A stretch of DNA of 64,000 bases, from contig OZ242320.1 in assembly GCA_965208125.1 (NCBI GenBank), positions 2,912,001 through 2,976,000 of the forward strand, written 5' to 3'. Each line of letters begins with the position of its first letter. Positions within the stretch are counted from its first letter, which is position 1. Shown here in pieces: positions 29,586-39,413 of this stretch. A program made the position numbers and the translations under genes. Below the pieces are notes generated by a model, which saw only the letters and a list, made by a program, of their open reading frames with translations, made no database searches and had not been told where the DNA came from. This DNA is from Candidatus Latescibacterota bacterium. Lineage in GTDB: Bacteria > Latescibacterota > UBA2968.

Positions 29586-30785
29586 TCATCGCTTTGGGAA
29601 GAACACATCCACACACGTTTCCACATCAAATGGGTCGCATCCGTAGTCCCGTTTAAATTTTTCGAGGTGTTCTATTTCGTGTATTGTCGGTTCTTTCAAT
29701 GGCAGATCGACGGGTTTTCGCCCTATGCGTCCGGATTCTTCTACTGCGACCTGGACTTCGATATCCCGTCGCGCTCTTTGCGCGTCATAGCGCGTGGGCA
29801 GGTCTTCCCGAACTGCTTGAGCAATGCTGTCCATTTCTTCTACAATCGCCAGTCTTCCCGGCGATGTTTTGTATTGGGGCCATGGATTTTCCCACTCCAG
29901 CGGGGGATCGGTTTCGATTACCATTCGTTCCAGTACCTGTACCCCGTCTTTTTCTCGGGTTTCTGTGTGGATGGGGTAGGCAGTGGCTCGTCCTCCGCTC
30001 AATCGCTGTGCTTGTGTGGTTATATGTATTTCATTTTCTACAATTGTTCCGGTTGTGCCATCCACCTGGAATAATGTCTGGCTTTTTCGCCCGAGTGCCC
30101 GACCGTGATACATCGACGAGTAGGACATTATCGCCAGTGCGCCGTTTTCAAACTCGACGAGGTCCATTGTCCAGTGTTCGGTGGTGAATTGTCGAATTTC
30201 ACTCACATTCACGCGTGGGATTGGCGAATCCATCACCAATCCCGTTACCCGAATGGGCGCCGCATCGCCTACCATCATCCGCACGCTGCTGACGATGTGA
30301 TAGCCGCCGGTTTGAAATAGGGCAAAGACCCGAAGTACGTCTCCAATGGCTCCGGCGTCGATGGCTTGTCGTTTGATCAGGTGAAGGGGATCCCGGCAAT
30401 ATTGCTCTGCTATTTCGAGTTTTACGCCGTTGCGTGCCACCGCGTTGATCAATACATCTGCGGTTTGCAGGGTGGGGGAAATGGGGGTTTCTACGATCAG
30501 GTTTACGCCGTGTTCAGCCAGATATGCACCGATGGCGTGGTGTGAGTCAGCCGGTGTGCTTATTGCCGCGATGTCCAATTTCTCATGTGCGACCAGGTCC
30601 TGTACCCGCGAATAAGCGGGTACGCCGTGTTCGGTGCCTATTTTTCGCGCTTTTTCTCCATCTACATCGCATATCGCGGTGAGTTCGAATACATCCGACA
30701 TCAATAAAATCGCAGGGAGTCGCCCCCCCAGCCCACGGCCACCGCATCCCACGAGGGCGATTCTCAATTTTTCTTTTGCGGTCAT
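29586..30785 (-). CDS. Gfo/Idh/MocA-family oxidoreductase
   Basis: IALVGCGGRG Rossmann motif; VETP in place of EKP. Confidence 0.9.
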   Translation of the reverse strand: MTAKEKLRIALVGCGGRGLGGRLPAILLMSDVFELTAICDVDGEKARKIGTEHGVPAYSRVQDLVAHEKLDIAAISTPADSHHAIGAYLAEHGVNLIVETPISPTLQTADVLINAVARNGVKLEIAEQYCRDPLHLIKRQAIDAGAIGDVLRVFALFQTGGYHIVSSVRMMVGDAAPIRVTGLVMDSPIPRVNVSEIRQFTTEHWTMDLVEFENGALAIMSYSSMYHGRALGRKSQTLFQVDGTTGTIVENEIHITTQAQRLSGGRATAYPIHTETREKDGVQVLERMVIETDPPLEWENPWPQYKTSPGRLAIVEEMDSIAQAVREDLPTRYDAQRARRDIEVQVAVEESGRIGRKPVDLPLKEPTIHEIEHLEKFKRDYGCDPFDVETCVDVFFPKR

Positions 30786-30817
30786 GGTGGTCCTTTCTGG
30801 GGTGATAGGTATATACG

Positions 30818-31666
30818 CTACGGCGGTAGTCGCGGTGGTATTGGTTGGATAATTTTTTTCTGTTCGGGTGTCAAACGTTCCAATAATCCGTCCGATGGGA
30901 CGTAGTGAAACCGCGTGCGGATAAATCGCGGGGAATACCGATAGACTACGGTGCGGCGATACCCTTTGTTCGTGCGTTCGGCTGATCCATGTGCGACCGC
31001 ATCTGTGAAGAATAGCGCGTCACCCGATTTCATGTACATTTCTTTCATGCCTACAGCAGTTCCAGCGGGTTCTGTGCCAGAACTCACCACGCCCTTGTCA
31101 TCGACAAGTAATCTGGGATGTATTTCTGCGCTTTTATGGCTGCCGGGTACGAGGACTGTTGGTCCATCTCCCGGTTCTATATCCGTCAATGCGACCAGTA
31201 CGTTGATCTGACCCACCATCCACGCGCCTGTGTTGTGTTGCCGAAAGGTGAAATAGCACCGGGGCGCGTGACCACCACTGTGGATATAGATAAATCCGCC
31301 GGGTCCGCGTACGGTTAAAAAATTTTCGTGGATCGAGATGCCGTTTACGTCGTCGTTGATGTAGCGTTTGGCCAGGTCAATCCACGATGGATGATCGATT
31401 AATCGCTCGAATACCGGTCCAGCTTCGATGATGTTCTGAAAGTTCAATCCGTCTTTTTCACGGTAGGTATGCGTTTCCACATGGCCGATCCACGCACCCG
31501 AATCGTCATTCGCACCCCGACGCCTTTTGCCGTGTACATATTCCCAATGGTCATCTACCCATTGGTTCATTTCGCACACATCCTCTTGGGATACCGCGTT
31601 CTCCAGGAGTAAATAACCCTGCAAATCAAATAAATAATCCTGTAATTGCTGGTCTGAATTACCCAT
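30818..31666 (-). CDS. PhyH-family Fe(II)/2-oxoglutarate enzyme with H-S-G motif
   Basis: FDLQGYLLL, IHSGG, GPTVLVPGSHKS, GDALFFTDAVAHGS; start MGNSD overlaps the upstream stop (ORF track start 31681). Confidence 0.88.
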   Translation of the reverse strand: MGNSDQQLQDYLFDLQGYLLLENAVSQEDVCEMNQWVDDHWEYVHGKRRRGANDDSGAWIGHVETHTYREKDGLNFQNIIEAGPVFERLIDHPSWIDLAKRYINDDVNGISIHENFLTVRGPGGFIYIHSGGHAPRCYFTFRQHNTGAWMVGQINVLVALTDIEPGDGPTVLVPGSHKSAEIHPRLLVDDKGVVSSGTEPAGTAVGMKEMYMKSGDALFFTDAVAHGSAERTNKGYRRTVVYRYSPRFIRTRFHYVPSDGLLERLTPEQKKIIQPIPPRLPP

Positions 31667-32477
31667 AAGCACCTTTCTCATGCCGTCCCAATAACCGCTG
31701 CATGCGCGGGTCGGTTCCTGTCCAGACGTATTCGGGCATGCGGTAGTCGATAAATGGGTATAACCGCTGGGCGATGATGCGCTGGCTGTACACGACTGAG
31801 CCTACATAGCGGACCTGGTCGGATTTGTTTTGCGATCCCCGGTGCCACACTTGATTGTGGAACATGCACAGATCACCCGGGTCGGCAATCATGGATACTG
31901 GGCCCTGGCCGTCAAACTCGGGGGCTTCCGTTTTGTCTGGTCGCCTGCCCGCATAATGGCTGCCGGGCACCACTTCTGTGACGCCGTATTCGATGGCGTC
32001 GGCCCGGCTTAGCGGGAATAGTACGTTTAACACAAAGCACGGCAATGGGATTTTTTTGTTGTGCCGGGGGACATTGTCTGGTAATGGAAAAATCACGCGG
32101 TCATCCAGATGCCATCCTCCGCCCTGACCGGGTTCGTAACGCAGGGCATTTTGCGACATCATGTGGCAATCGTCACCCAGGATCGCCTCTGATAGGCTCA
32201 CGAAGGGTTCTCGCGCGATCAGGTCCCGGAAGTTGATGTCATATTCATACATCCGCATCATACTGATGCCCCGAATATGGTCTCCTTCGGCTTCGTGCAT
32301 TTTGGGGTCCTGATATTTACGTTCCATTGCTTCCCGCAATGTCAGTACCTCTTTTTCGGTTAATACGTCTTTTAAGAACAAATACCCATCCCGCTGAAAT
32401 TGCGCGACCAGTTTCTGGATTTTGTCCGGGCTATAAGGTTTGGCGTTTTTGTCGATTAAGCTGTTTGTGGTGTACAT
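31659..32477 (-). CDS. PhyH-family dioxygenase
   Basis: FQRDGYL, WHLD (HxD), VVPGSH, WHRG. Confidence 0.9.
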   Translation of the reverse strand: MYTTNSLIDKNAKPYSPDKIQKLVAQFQRDGYLFLKDVLTEKEVLTLREAMERKYQDPKMHEAEGDHIRGISMMRMYEYDINFRDLIAREPFVSLSEAILGDDCHMMSQNALRYEPGQGGGWHLDDRVIFPLPDNVPRHNKKIPLPCFVLNVLFPLSRADAIEYGVTEVVPGSHYAGRRPDKTEAPEFDGQGPVSMIADPGDLCMFHNQVWHRGSQNKSDQVRYVGSVVYSQRIIAQRLYPFIDYRMPEYVWTGTDPRMQRLLGRHEKGAYG

Positions 32478-32484
32478 TGTTATC

Positions 32485-33948
32485 TCACTTCATTAATCCC
32501 AATATATCCTCATACACGGCAAGGCCGCCAAAATAGGTAAAGGCCAGGCCCGAGATTATATTGAGGGCGACGAGGAACCAGCCCATTTGCAATGGGGGTG
32601 GGACGTATTTGCGGTCGATATAGATCATCGCAAAGCACCAGGGTCCAGCGAGAAGTACCCCGGTGATGTGTAGAGGGATTGTCATGATCGATATTGGGTT
32701 CCAGCCTATGCCATTCGGGTCCTGGGTGGCTGTCCACCAGGCGTATAGTACCAGTGCGCCACCTGCAATAGCGGTGTATCCCAGCGTCCATTTTCGCACG
32801 TCGTTCAATGATAGGTCGCGCCATTTGGGGGTTATTGCGCGTATGCTTTCATGCGCGGTGCGGACGTATAATTCATACGCGCCGTACACGGTGCCAAAAA
32901 TTGCGAAGAATACGCCGAGTTTATACAGTCCCGCGAGGAATGTCTTGACGCCCGCGCTTTCGTGCAATGCGGTTAAAAATACGACTTGGTGGTTGTAGAG
33001 GTCCATGCCGGATGGTACGATTTCTCGCGGATGCAATAAGGCGGCACCCAGAATCAAAAAGGCCGCTGTGAATAATAACACGCTGGCAAATGATACGAGT
33101 GTATCGACCAGCGGTGCTTTTAACCACGCTTTGCCCAATTCGAGATTTTCCTGAGTTTCCAGGATTGTTTCCTTCTCATTGCTGCGTCTGCCAATCATTC
33201 CCCACACTTTTTCGCGCAGCATGCCCACATATCCCACATAGTCCTGTACTCCGCCGCCGATTACGCCCATGTACGCGACCATTTCGACAATTAGCGTGCG
33301 GTCTGCAAATAGCGGATTGCGCGATACCCATTCCGGATATACCGGGAATGTGGGTACTACTGCACCCATTAGCGCGGCAATCCAATCGGGATTTGCCGCT
33401 ACTGTCGCGATTAACATGACGAGCAACATCAATCCCACGAGTGAGGTTTGCGCTTTTTCCAACAGGCCATAGCTCTGTTTCAGGGTTAGCAGGATTAAGA
33501 ATGCAATAAATACCAGGGCGATTAAATGCGGATATCGCGCCGGGTCGTCAAATAATATCCACGATGAGATCGTGCCGAGCATGATGGGCAGGCTGGAGAG
33601 ATAAAATGGAAAGCTCACGACCATTACTACGCCTACAACTGCTGGAAATAATCCCCTCGGTCCGGGCAGTTGCGCCCAGCGTTCCATGGGGTGCTCGCCG
33701 GTTAGTGTCATATATCGCGCTGCGGAATACACTTGAACGACTTTTGTGATGCAAAACAGGCTGAATGCCCAGAACATCGCGTAGCCAAAGATCGCCCCGC
33801 TGCGCGATGCCCACACGGTTTCTCCACTGCCGATGGTTACTGATGCGATAATTGCGCCTGGTCCAAAGAATTTTAAGAAATCGCCGATTTTCCGCGAGCG
33901 CAATGCCGCCGCCAGTTCCGGAAATTCCAATTTTTTTGATTCTGCCAT
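32485..33948 (-). CDS. Nramp-superfamily-like secondary transporter
   Basis: FGPGAIIASVTIGSGE in TM1, about 11 TM segments; lacks the DPGN metal motif; start MAESK after AGGAG. Confidence 0.75.
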   Translation of the reverse strand: MAESKKLEFPELAAALRSRKIGDFLKFFGPGAIIASVTIGSGETVWASRSGAIFGYAMFWAFSLFCITKVVQVYSAARYMTLTGEHPMERWAQLPGPRGLFPAVVGVVMVVSFPFYLSSLPIMLGTISSWILFDDPARYPHLIALVFIAFLILLTLKQSYGLLEKAQTSLVGLMLLVMLIATVAANPDWIAALMGAVVPTFPVYPEWVSRNPLFADRTLIVEMVAYMGVIGGGVQDYVGYVGMLREKVWGMIGRRSNEKETILETQENLELGKAWLKAPLVDTLVSFASVLLFTAAFLILGAALLHPREIVPSGMDLYNHQVVFLTALHESAGVKTFLAGLYKLGVFFAIFGTVYGAYELYVRTAHESIRAITPKWRDLSLNDVRKWTLGYTAIAGGALVLYAWWTATQDPNGIGWNPISIMTIPLHITGVLLAGPWCFAMIYIDRKYVPPPLQMGWFLVALNIISGLAFTYFGGLAVYEDILGLMK

Positions 33949-33962
33949 GATTTCTCCTATCG

Positions 33963-34000
33963 AAAAACCCCAGTCCAACCGATCTTACGGAGGACTGGGG
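33963..34000 (-). terminator. Intrinsic terminator after the cyclase gene
   Basis: Minus strand CCCCAGTCC...GGACTGGGG followed by TTTTT. Confidence 0.75.
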
Positions 34001-34016
34001 ATTGGAAGGTGTGGCA

Positions 34017-34955
34017 CTATTTTACGGCTATTGGATTTCCCGGAGAACCCGTTCCGCCTTTCAGGCGCAATGGCGAAAATACAAATGCAAATTCATATAC
34101 CTGATCTTTTGCCAGTTCTTCCAGGTCCAGGTTTTCTAATATGTAAATCCCGTGCTGGGCGATGAGCAGTTGATGTACAGGAAAAGCCAGCGAGGCATCC
34201 TCGCCTGGTACGACTTCCAGGCCCCAGGTATCGCCTGCGACCATTACAATTTTTTTATTTACGAGCCACTGGCCCACAGCCATTCCAATACCCGGCTGGC
34301 CTTTATTGAATGTTTCGTTGTCTTTCATCCACAGGGTGCCGTGTCCCGTGCGGAAGATCACGACATCACCTTCTCCCACGGATACATTTTGTTTTTTTAA
34401 TGCTCCCTCGGTATCGGCCACTGTGATTACGTATCCGACTTCTAATCGCTCGACACCTTTGTATCCCGCCACGTCTATCAGTACGCCGCGCGTGAAGAAT
34501 GACCCCGCCTTTTCCACACCCAATTTTTCCAGGCCATAAGGTTTGCTAAAGTTCGAGCTTTTGAAGCCATTGTAATACACATCCTCGTTTCCTACCCGCG
34601 TGCCAATATGCCCCAATCCGTCGAATTGTGTACCGATTTGACCGATTTCACCACTGAACATTTCATCGTACCATACGAGTTTGTTTTCTCCGAGCGGTCC
34701 ACCACTTGGGTTGCCCACGATTGTCAAACTGTAATGCCGGGATCCAAATAGCGGTATTCCGTGTTCATATACTTTTCCCAATTGATAGACTTTGCCGGTT
34801 TTGATCAACCTGGTCGCTTCCAGGACTTTGGCAGGTGTCAGCCGGTTTGCGGCACCCCGTTCATCTTCGGGACCCCACTCCGATGTCGGTTGCTGGGCAT
34901 ATACTGGCACCAGCATCAGATTGACCAGTAGTGTTATAGATAGTATGCGTTTCAC
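34017..34955 (-). CDS. Cyclase-family (kynurenine formamidase-like) metallohydrolase with signal peptide
   Basis: WGPEDERGAAN, GTQFDGLGH, TRGVLIDV, GDVVIFRTG, HQLLI...GIYILENL, GTGSPGNPIA. Confidence 0.88.
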   Translation of the reverse strand: MKRILSITLLVNLMLVPVYAQQPTSEWGPEDERGAANRLTPAKVLEATRLIKTGKVYQLGKVYEHGIPLFGSRHYSLTIVGNPSGGPLGENKLVWYDEMFSGEIGQIGTQFDGLGHIGTRVGNEDVYYNGFKSSNFSKPYGLEKLGVEKAGSFFTRGVLIDVAGYKGVERLEVGYVITVADTEGALKKQNVSVGEGDVVIFRTGHGTLWMKDNETFNKGQPGIGMAVGQWLVNKKIVMVAGDTWGLEVVPGEDASLAFPVHQLLIAQHGIYILENLDLEELAKDQVYEFAFVFSPLRLKGGTGSPGNPIAVK

Positions 34956-34983
34956 GATTTCCCTCCTTTAAAAAGATACCGAT

Positions 34984-35865
34984 TCATCGTGTCTTCTCAT
35001 AAAGCGCGATGCTTACCTGTGTGCCGGGGAATAGTGCAGATGGATACACCCACATGTCGTCTTCCCGAATGTACACCCGTTCATCTCCCGAGCGAATGTG
35101 TAAACGCCCGCTGTTTTCCCGGCAAATTTGTTTGACAATGTATAGACCCAGTCCCCGCGTATCGCCCCGCGAGACGGTCTTTTGAATCGCCATTTTTATT
35201 GCCTGTCCGTGCGACCAGTGCGCTGTATCGTGTCCTGTTGATAGGCTCTCGCGAATGCCAATGCCGAGGTCGCATACGCCGATGATCGCAAATTTTCTGT
35301 TCAATCTGTGATTGGTATAGCGCTGCGCGACCACAAACCCTTTATCCCCGCTGTGATCCAGGATATTGTGACATAATTCGGCTACGACATTTTTAAATCC
35401 CGTAATTTCTCGCACGGTATAGTGCAGTTCTTCACTCAAGATGGTGCCGACCCGCGATTCAATCACGCTTAGAACTTGCTCGATATCGCTCCGCTGTTCG
35501 ATGGTCGTGATTTCCAGCAGGCTTTCGTTGCGGGTTCGCGGCTGTCCCGTTTGCGGTGCTCGCCCTACTGTCACATAAGACATCAGCGCGTCAAATACTT
35601 TCATGCGAGTCAAATAACGCTCGACGTCTGAATTTTCGGGCAGTCGGCATGTAATATCCCAGTATTTGGCACTCAGATGTCGGCCTATCAAACACAACAT
35701 CCCCATTCCATAGGGATCGACAAAACCCAATTGCGACAGATCCAGAACGATATTGTCTTCATCTCGCCGCGTCCAGAATGCTCCGAGATCGCGCAGTACA
35801 TTGTCACACGAGACAGCAGACAAATTCTGTTCCGCTATCGCCAGCGTGTTGTTATTCATATTCAT
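34984..35865 (-). CDS. STAS-like domain fused to a GHKL (HATPase) domain
   Basis: IVLDLSQLGFVDPYG; N-box ELCHNILDHS, G1 DLGIGI, G2 GLGLY, G3 PGTQV. Confidence 0.82.
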   Translation of the reverse strand: MNMNNNTLAIAEQNLSAVSCDNVLRDLGAFWTRRDEDNIVLDLSQLGFVDPYGMGMLCLIGRHLSAKYWDITCRLPENSDVERYLTRMKVFDALMSYVTVGRAPQTGQPRTRNESLLEITTIEQRSDIEQVLSVIESRVGTILSEELHYTVREITGFKNVVAELCHNILDHSGDKGFVVAQRYTNHRLNRKFAIIGVCDLGIGIRESLSTGHDTAHWSHGQAIKMAIQKTVSRGDTRGLGLYIVKQICRENSGRLHIRSGDERVYIREDDMWVYPSALFPGTQVSIALYEKTR

Positions 35866-35873
35866 GTGATCGT

Positions 35874-38300
35874 TTAGTTGCGCACGCGGAATATGGATCG
35901 GCGTTTGACATTTTTCTTTTCGTGCAAATCCGTTACCGCGACCTCGAGTTTATAGACGCCACGCGGCATTTTGGACAGGTCGATTTCCAGGAAGGTGAAG
36001 TCGTCGGATTTGTCGCCTGCATATACCGAACTGATCGATGTGCGGCTTTGCTGCCCGGCTTGGCGCAGTTCTTCGACTGATTCGGCCATCAGGTTGCGTT
36101 CGGCTGGCATGTATTGCACTTCAAAATCCACGGTTTGGGCTTTGAGCGTTTCTTCACCGCCGGTCATGGCATCGCCCACCAGGTCGTCCTGATCTTGCAT
36201 TTCACCTTCAGCAGTTTCGACATCTACACCGTCGAGCGCGTCGCCTGCGGTGAGAATGTCACTGCTGGAGCGATCATCTGCTTCTGCTTGCGCCAATTCT
36301 TCAGCGGTTGGCACAATGAGCAATCCGCCCACCTTTTTGAGGGCTACGGCGCCAAACATCGCGGGATTGACTTCCTGCTGATCGGGAACGCTGATGGTGT
36401 AGGATATCTGGTATTGGGTCCGCCCGAATTCGTCTTTTTTCAGGTTGTAGATTTCCAGATATACAGATGCCGATTCCCCGGTGCGATACGCGCGGAGCGG
36501 ATTGGGTGCAATGCGTAGATCCATTCGCGATTCGGGAAAGGGTTTGACCAGTTCAATTTTCTTGGCGAGTAGCAGATCGCTCATATCCAGGCGCGATTCG
36601 GATACAGAAAAAAGGCGTTCCGTGCGGAATGTGCCGATGGATCCGCTGTTCCTGTCTCCCACTTCGACCACGATATTATACGTGCCCTGGGGAAGTTCCA
36701 TGGGGCGTTGGCTCAATAAATACTGCGGGGCATTGCCTCCTTTGGGTTTTTCTTGCGCAATCGGTCGCACATTGCGGTAGATGTCTCGCCATCGGTAGTC
36801 GAACATAAACAATCCTTCATCCATGACGATCACCCGGTCGTCATTTGCTTTTAATTTGCCCGTGGGAATGGCATAGGCGATTTCCACGCGCATATTTTTG
36901 CCCGAGCGGAAGGCGGTGATCTGGTGTGGCATGGAGTATTTTCTGTTTCGGAATGGATCGTCAAAGCGCGCTTCTTTTTCTTTGAACGCCGCGCGATTTT
37001 GTATTTCAAAATACTCGTCGCGCATTTTGTCGCTCGCCCATTGCGGGTTAGTAGATTTTCTGAAGAGCGTTCGATCTACCTGTGTTGCATCCACATTGCG
37101 CGTTCTCAGCGCGTTGGGGTCCCCGCCTATGACATCCACCGTGGTGCTGGGTCCCACTTCGCCTGCAAATCCCCAACCGTCAACGCCGTTCACACTTTGA
37201 AATGTGAACCTGTATCCCCCATAATACCAGGTTTCCTTGAACATGGGAAATACACCCGTTGTGCGGCGCAGGTATTTTCCGTATTTGATATAGGTTTGTC
37301 CGCGAATGGTTTTCCAGCCTTCGATGTTCCGCGCGGGTACGCTAAAGCGCAGATTTGCATAGGCCACGCGACCGTAGTGTTCCATCCGCCGCTCGTTGTG
37401 GTCAGTCAGAAATAGCGGATCGTTCTTATTCCAGAATTGCGTCAATGCCGCAGAATCCTTCCACTCGCCATCATCGCCGACTTGCATGGCTTTTGAAATG
37501 CGCGCATTGTCTTCTTTTGAAGCGATGAGATCCACAGATTCCATCATTTTGCGCTGTTCGGGATCCATAGCTGCAATGGCTTTTTCATACAATTTGTTCG
37601 CTTCTAAAAGCTCTCCTTGAAGCTGGTGAGAATAGGCCATGAACAATTGTGCGTTGACATCGCCAGGGAATCTTCGCATCATCCGTCGCATCACCCGTTG
37701 CATGGCGGGGATTCTTCTGTGTTCCAGATGCGCCAGTCCCAATAGATAATAGGAGTCCTGATAGTCCGCATCGACTTCCAGGCTCTTTTCAAATAGCATC
37801 ACAGCCTGGTCGTATTCGTTTTTGGCAAAAGTTCGAATGGCTCGTCGCTGCGGTATTACCCGGTCGCGCGTGATCATGTATTCGCCGAATATATGGCGAC
37901 CAGCATCGTAGGCTGCAACGGCTGCATTGGGAAATTTTTCAATGACTTTTTCGTAATGCGCCTTTGCTTCGCGCTGAAATCCCCGGTTCCACAATGCTTC
38001 GCCGTGCAAGAGTTGATATTGCAAATTTTCCGGTTCAATCCGAACCGCCTTTTCGCTTGCTTCTACTGCGCGGCGTCGAAACTCGGGCGTGTCCAGGCGA
38101 ATGTAGAGGCGAGTTAGCTGGGCAAGCGCAGGGGCATGTTTGCCGTTTTTCTTGAGCACTTGCTTGAATTCTTCCACGCTTTCTTTGGGTTCAATCTCAT
38201 TCATGCGCGAGAGTGCAGCGTGATATAGCGAATCTACTTCGCTGGTCCAGGCCGGTGCTGCGAGCAGGCAACTGAGGATTAAAAGCGAGAGGGCTTTCAT
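35874..38300 (-). CDS. Exported TPR plus GWxTD-domain protein
   Basis: FWNKNDP...NERRMEHYGRVAYANLRF...GWKTIRGQTYIKYG; MSDLLLA; YLEIYNL; start MKALS after AAGGAG. Confidence 0.87.
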   Translation of the reverse strand: MKALSLLILSCLLAAPAWTSEVDSLYHAALSRMNEIEPKESVEEFKQVLKKNGKHAPALAQLTRLYIRLDTPEFRRRAVEASEKAVRIEPENLQYQLLHGEALWNRGFQREAKAHYEKVIEKFPNAAVAAYDAGRHIFGEYMITRDRVIPQRRAIRTFAKNEYDQAVMLFEKSLEVDADYQDSYYLLGLAHLEHRRIPAMQRVMRRMMRRFPGDVNAQLFMAYSHQLQGELLEANKLYEKAIAAMDPEQRKMMESVDLIASKEDNARISKAMQVGDDGEWKDSAALTQFWNKNDPLFLTDHNERRMEHYGRVAYANLRFSVPARNIEGWKTIRGQTYIKYGKYLRRTTGVFPMFKETWYYGGYRFTFQSVNGVDGWGFAGEVGPSTTVDVIGGDPNALRTRNVDATQVDRTLFRKSTNPQWASDKMRDEYFEIQNRAAFKEKEARFDDPFRNRKYSMPHQITAFRSGKNMRVEIAYAIPTGKLKANDDRVIVMDEGLFMFDYRWRDIYRNVRPIAQEKPKGGNAPQYLLSQRPMELPQGTYNIVVEVGDRNSGSIGTFRTERLFSVSESRLDMSDLLLAKKIELVKPFPESRMDLRIAPNPLRAYRTGESASVYLEIYNLKKDEFGRTQYQISYTISVPDQQEVNPAMFGAVALKKVGGLLIVPTAEELAQAEADDRSSSDILTAGDALDGVDVETAEGEMQDQDDLVGDAMTGGEETLKAQTVDFEVQYMPAERNLMAESVEELRQAGQQSRTSISSVYAGDKSDDFTFLEIDLSKMPRGVYKLEVAVTDLHEKKNVKRRSIFRVRN

Positions 38301-38337
38301 GGTGGTCTCCTTGTGAAGGGGTTTTTTGCGAGTGATC

Positions 38338-39411
38338 TTAAAATCTATAAAATGTTTTTGCATTTTCGTATAGAATTTTTCCCAGCAATGCGTCCGATAA
38401 GCCTCTGGGTATTGCCTCTATCGGCGCGTCGAAATGATAGTGTGGATAGTCTGTGGAAAACATCAGCATGTCATCGGAGTTCAGGTGTCCTATGATTTGT
38501 AGCAGATATTCGGCCTGGGGCGGAGCGTCCAGGGGTTGCAGGGTCATCCGAATGTGTTCGCGGATGTATTCTGATGGTGGGCGTTTGACCCACGGGATAT
38601 CGCGTCGCAACCCCTTCCACTCCTTATCTATGCGCCACATCAATGCGGGCATCCAGGTCCAGCCACCTTCGATGAGTGCTACGCGCAATTCTGGGAACCG
38701 ATCAAACGCGCCTTCTACTACCAGACTCATGACTTGCGACTGAAATATTTGCGCCATACCGACCATTTCTTCGGCGTAGGTTGCAGGCCAACCGACGGGC
38801 GTGGGCGGCAGGCTTGATGCACCGCCGTAGTGTATCCCGATGGCGAGGTCGCGTTTTACCGCGGCTTCGAATAAGGGGTCGTAAATGCGCTTGCCATAAG
38901 GTTGATAGGATCTGACTGGTACAATGACCTGCACAAAGCCCGGGTGATCGCCAAATCGTTCGATTTCGCGTGCGGCGAGTACCGGGTTTTGGCTGGGCAC
39001 TACGAGGGATGCGCGCAATCGGTCGTCTTTGTTCAACCACGCGTCGATTTGCCACTGGTTGATCGCGGTTGCAAGTGATGCAGATAAGTCGTCGTTGTGT
39101 ACGCTTTGCACGCGGTAAGCGCAGGTTAAGATCCCGATTTCGACATCCCAGGCGTCCAGTGTCTGTTCTTTTAGCAATTCAAAATCAGATCCCGGTGGAC
39201 CATTTTTAGGCTTTGTCCCTTTTCGCGCAGATGTGGGTGCTCGCGCGGGATAATCATTCGCATTGGGTCCCACAAATGCCGATTCGTTGATGTATGCAAC
39301 CCAGTGTTCTTCCAGATATGGAATCAGAGCGTCCAAACCGGGCAATTCGTTGTGAATATCACAATCGATGATGGGATGATAAAAGGGATTGTCAGGTGTA
39401 TTGCGCGGCAT
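38338..39411 (-). CDS. Amidohydrolase_2-family protein
   Basis: IIDCDIH, IGIH, GAFDRFPELRVALIEGG, MFSTDYPH; start MPRNT just after the upstream stop. Confidence 0.9.
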   Translation of the reverse strand: MPRNTPDNPFYHPIIDCDIHNELPGLDALIPYLEEHWVAYINESAFVGPNANDYPARAPTSARKGTKPKNGPPGSDFELLKEQTLDAWDVEIGILTCAYRVQSVHNDDLSASLATAINQWQIDAWLNKDDRLRASLVVPSQNPVLAAREIERFGDHPGFVQVIVPVRSYQPYGKRIYDPLFEAAVKRDLAIGIHYGGASSLPPTPVGWPATYAEEMVGMAQIFQSQVMSLVVEGAFDRFPELRVALIEGGWTWMPALMWRIDKEWKGLRRDIPWVKRPPSEYIREHIRMTLQPLDAPPQAEYLLQIIGHLNSDDMLMFSTDYPHYHFDAPIEAIPRGLSDALLGKILYENAKTFYRF

Positions 39412-39413
39412 GG

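Noticed and set aside
32485-33948. Calling the transporter MntH (Mn/Fe uptake)
   Set aside because: The DPGN and MPH metal-binding motifs are absent, so the substrate is unknown.
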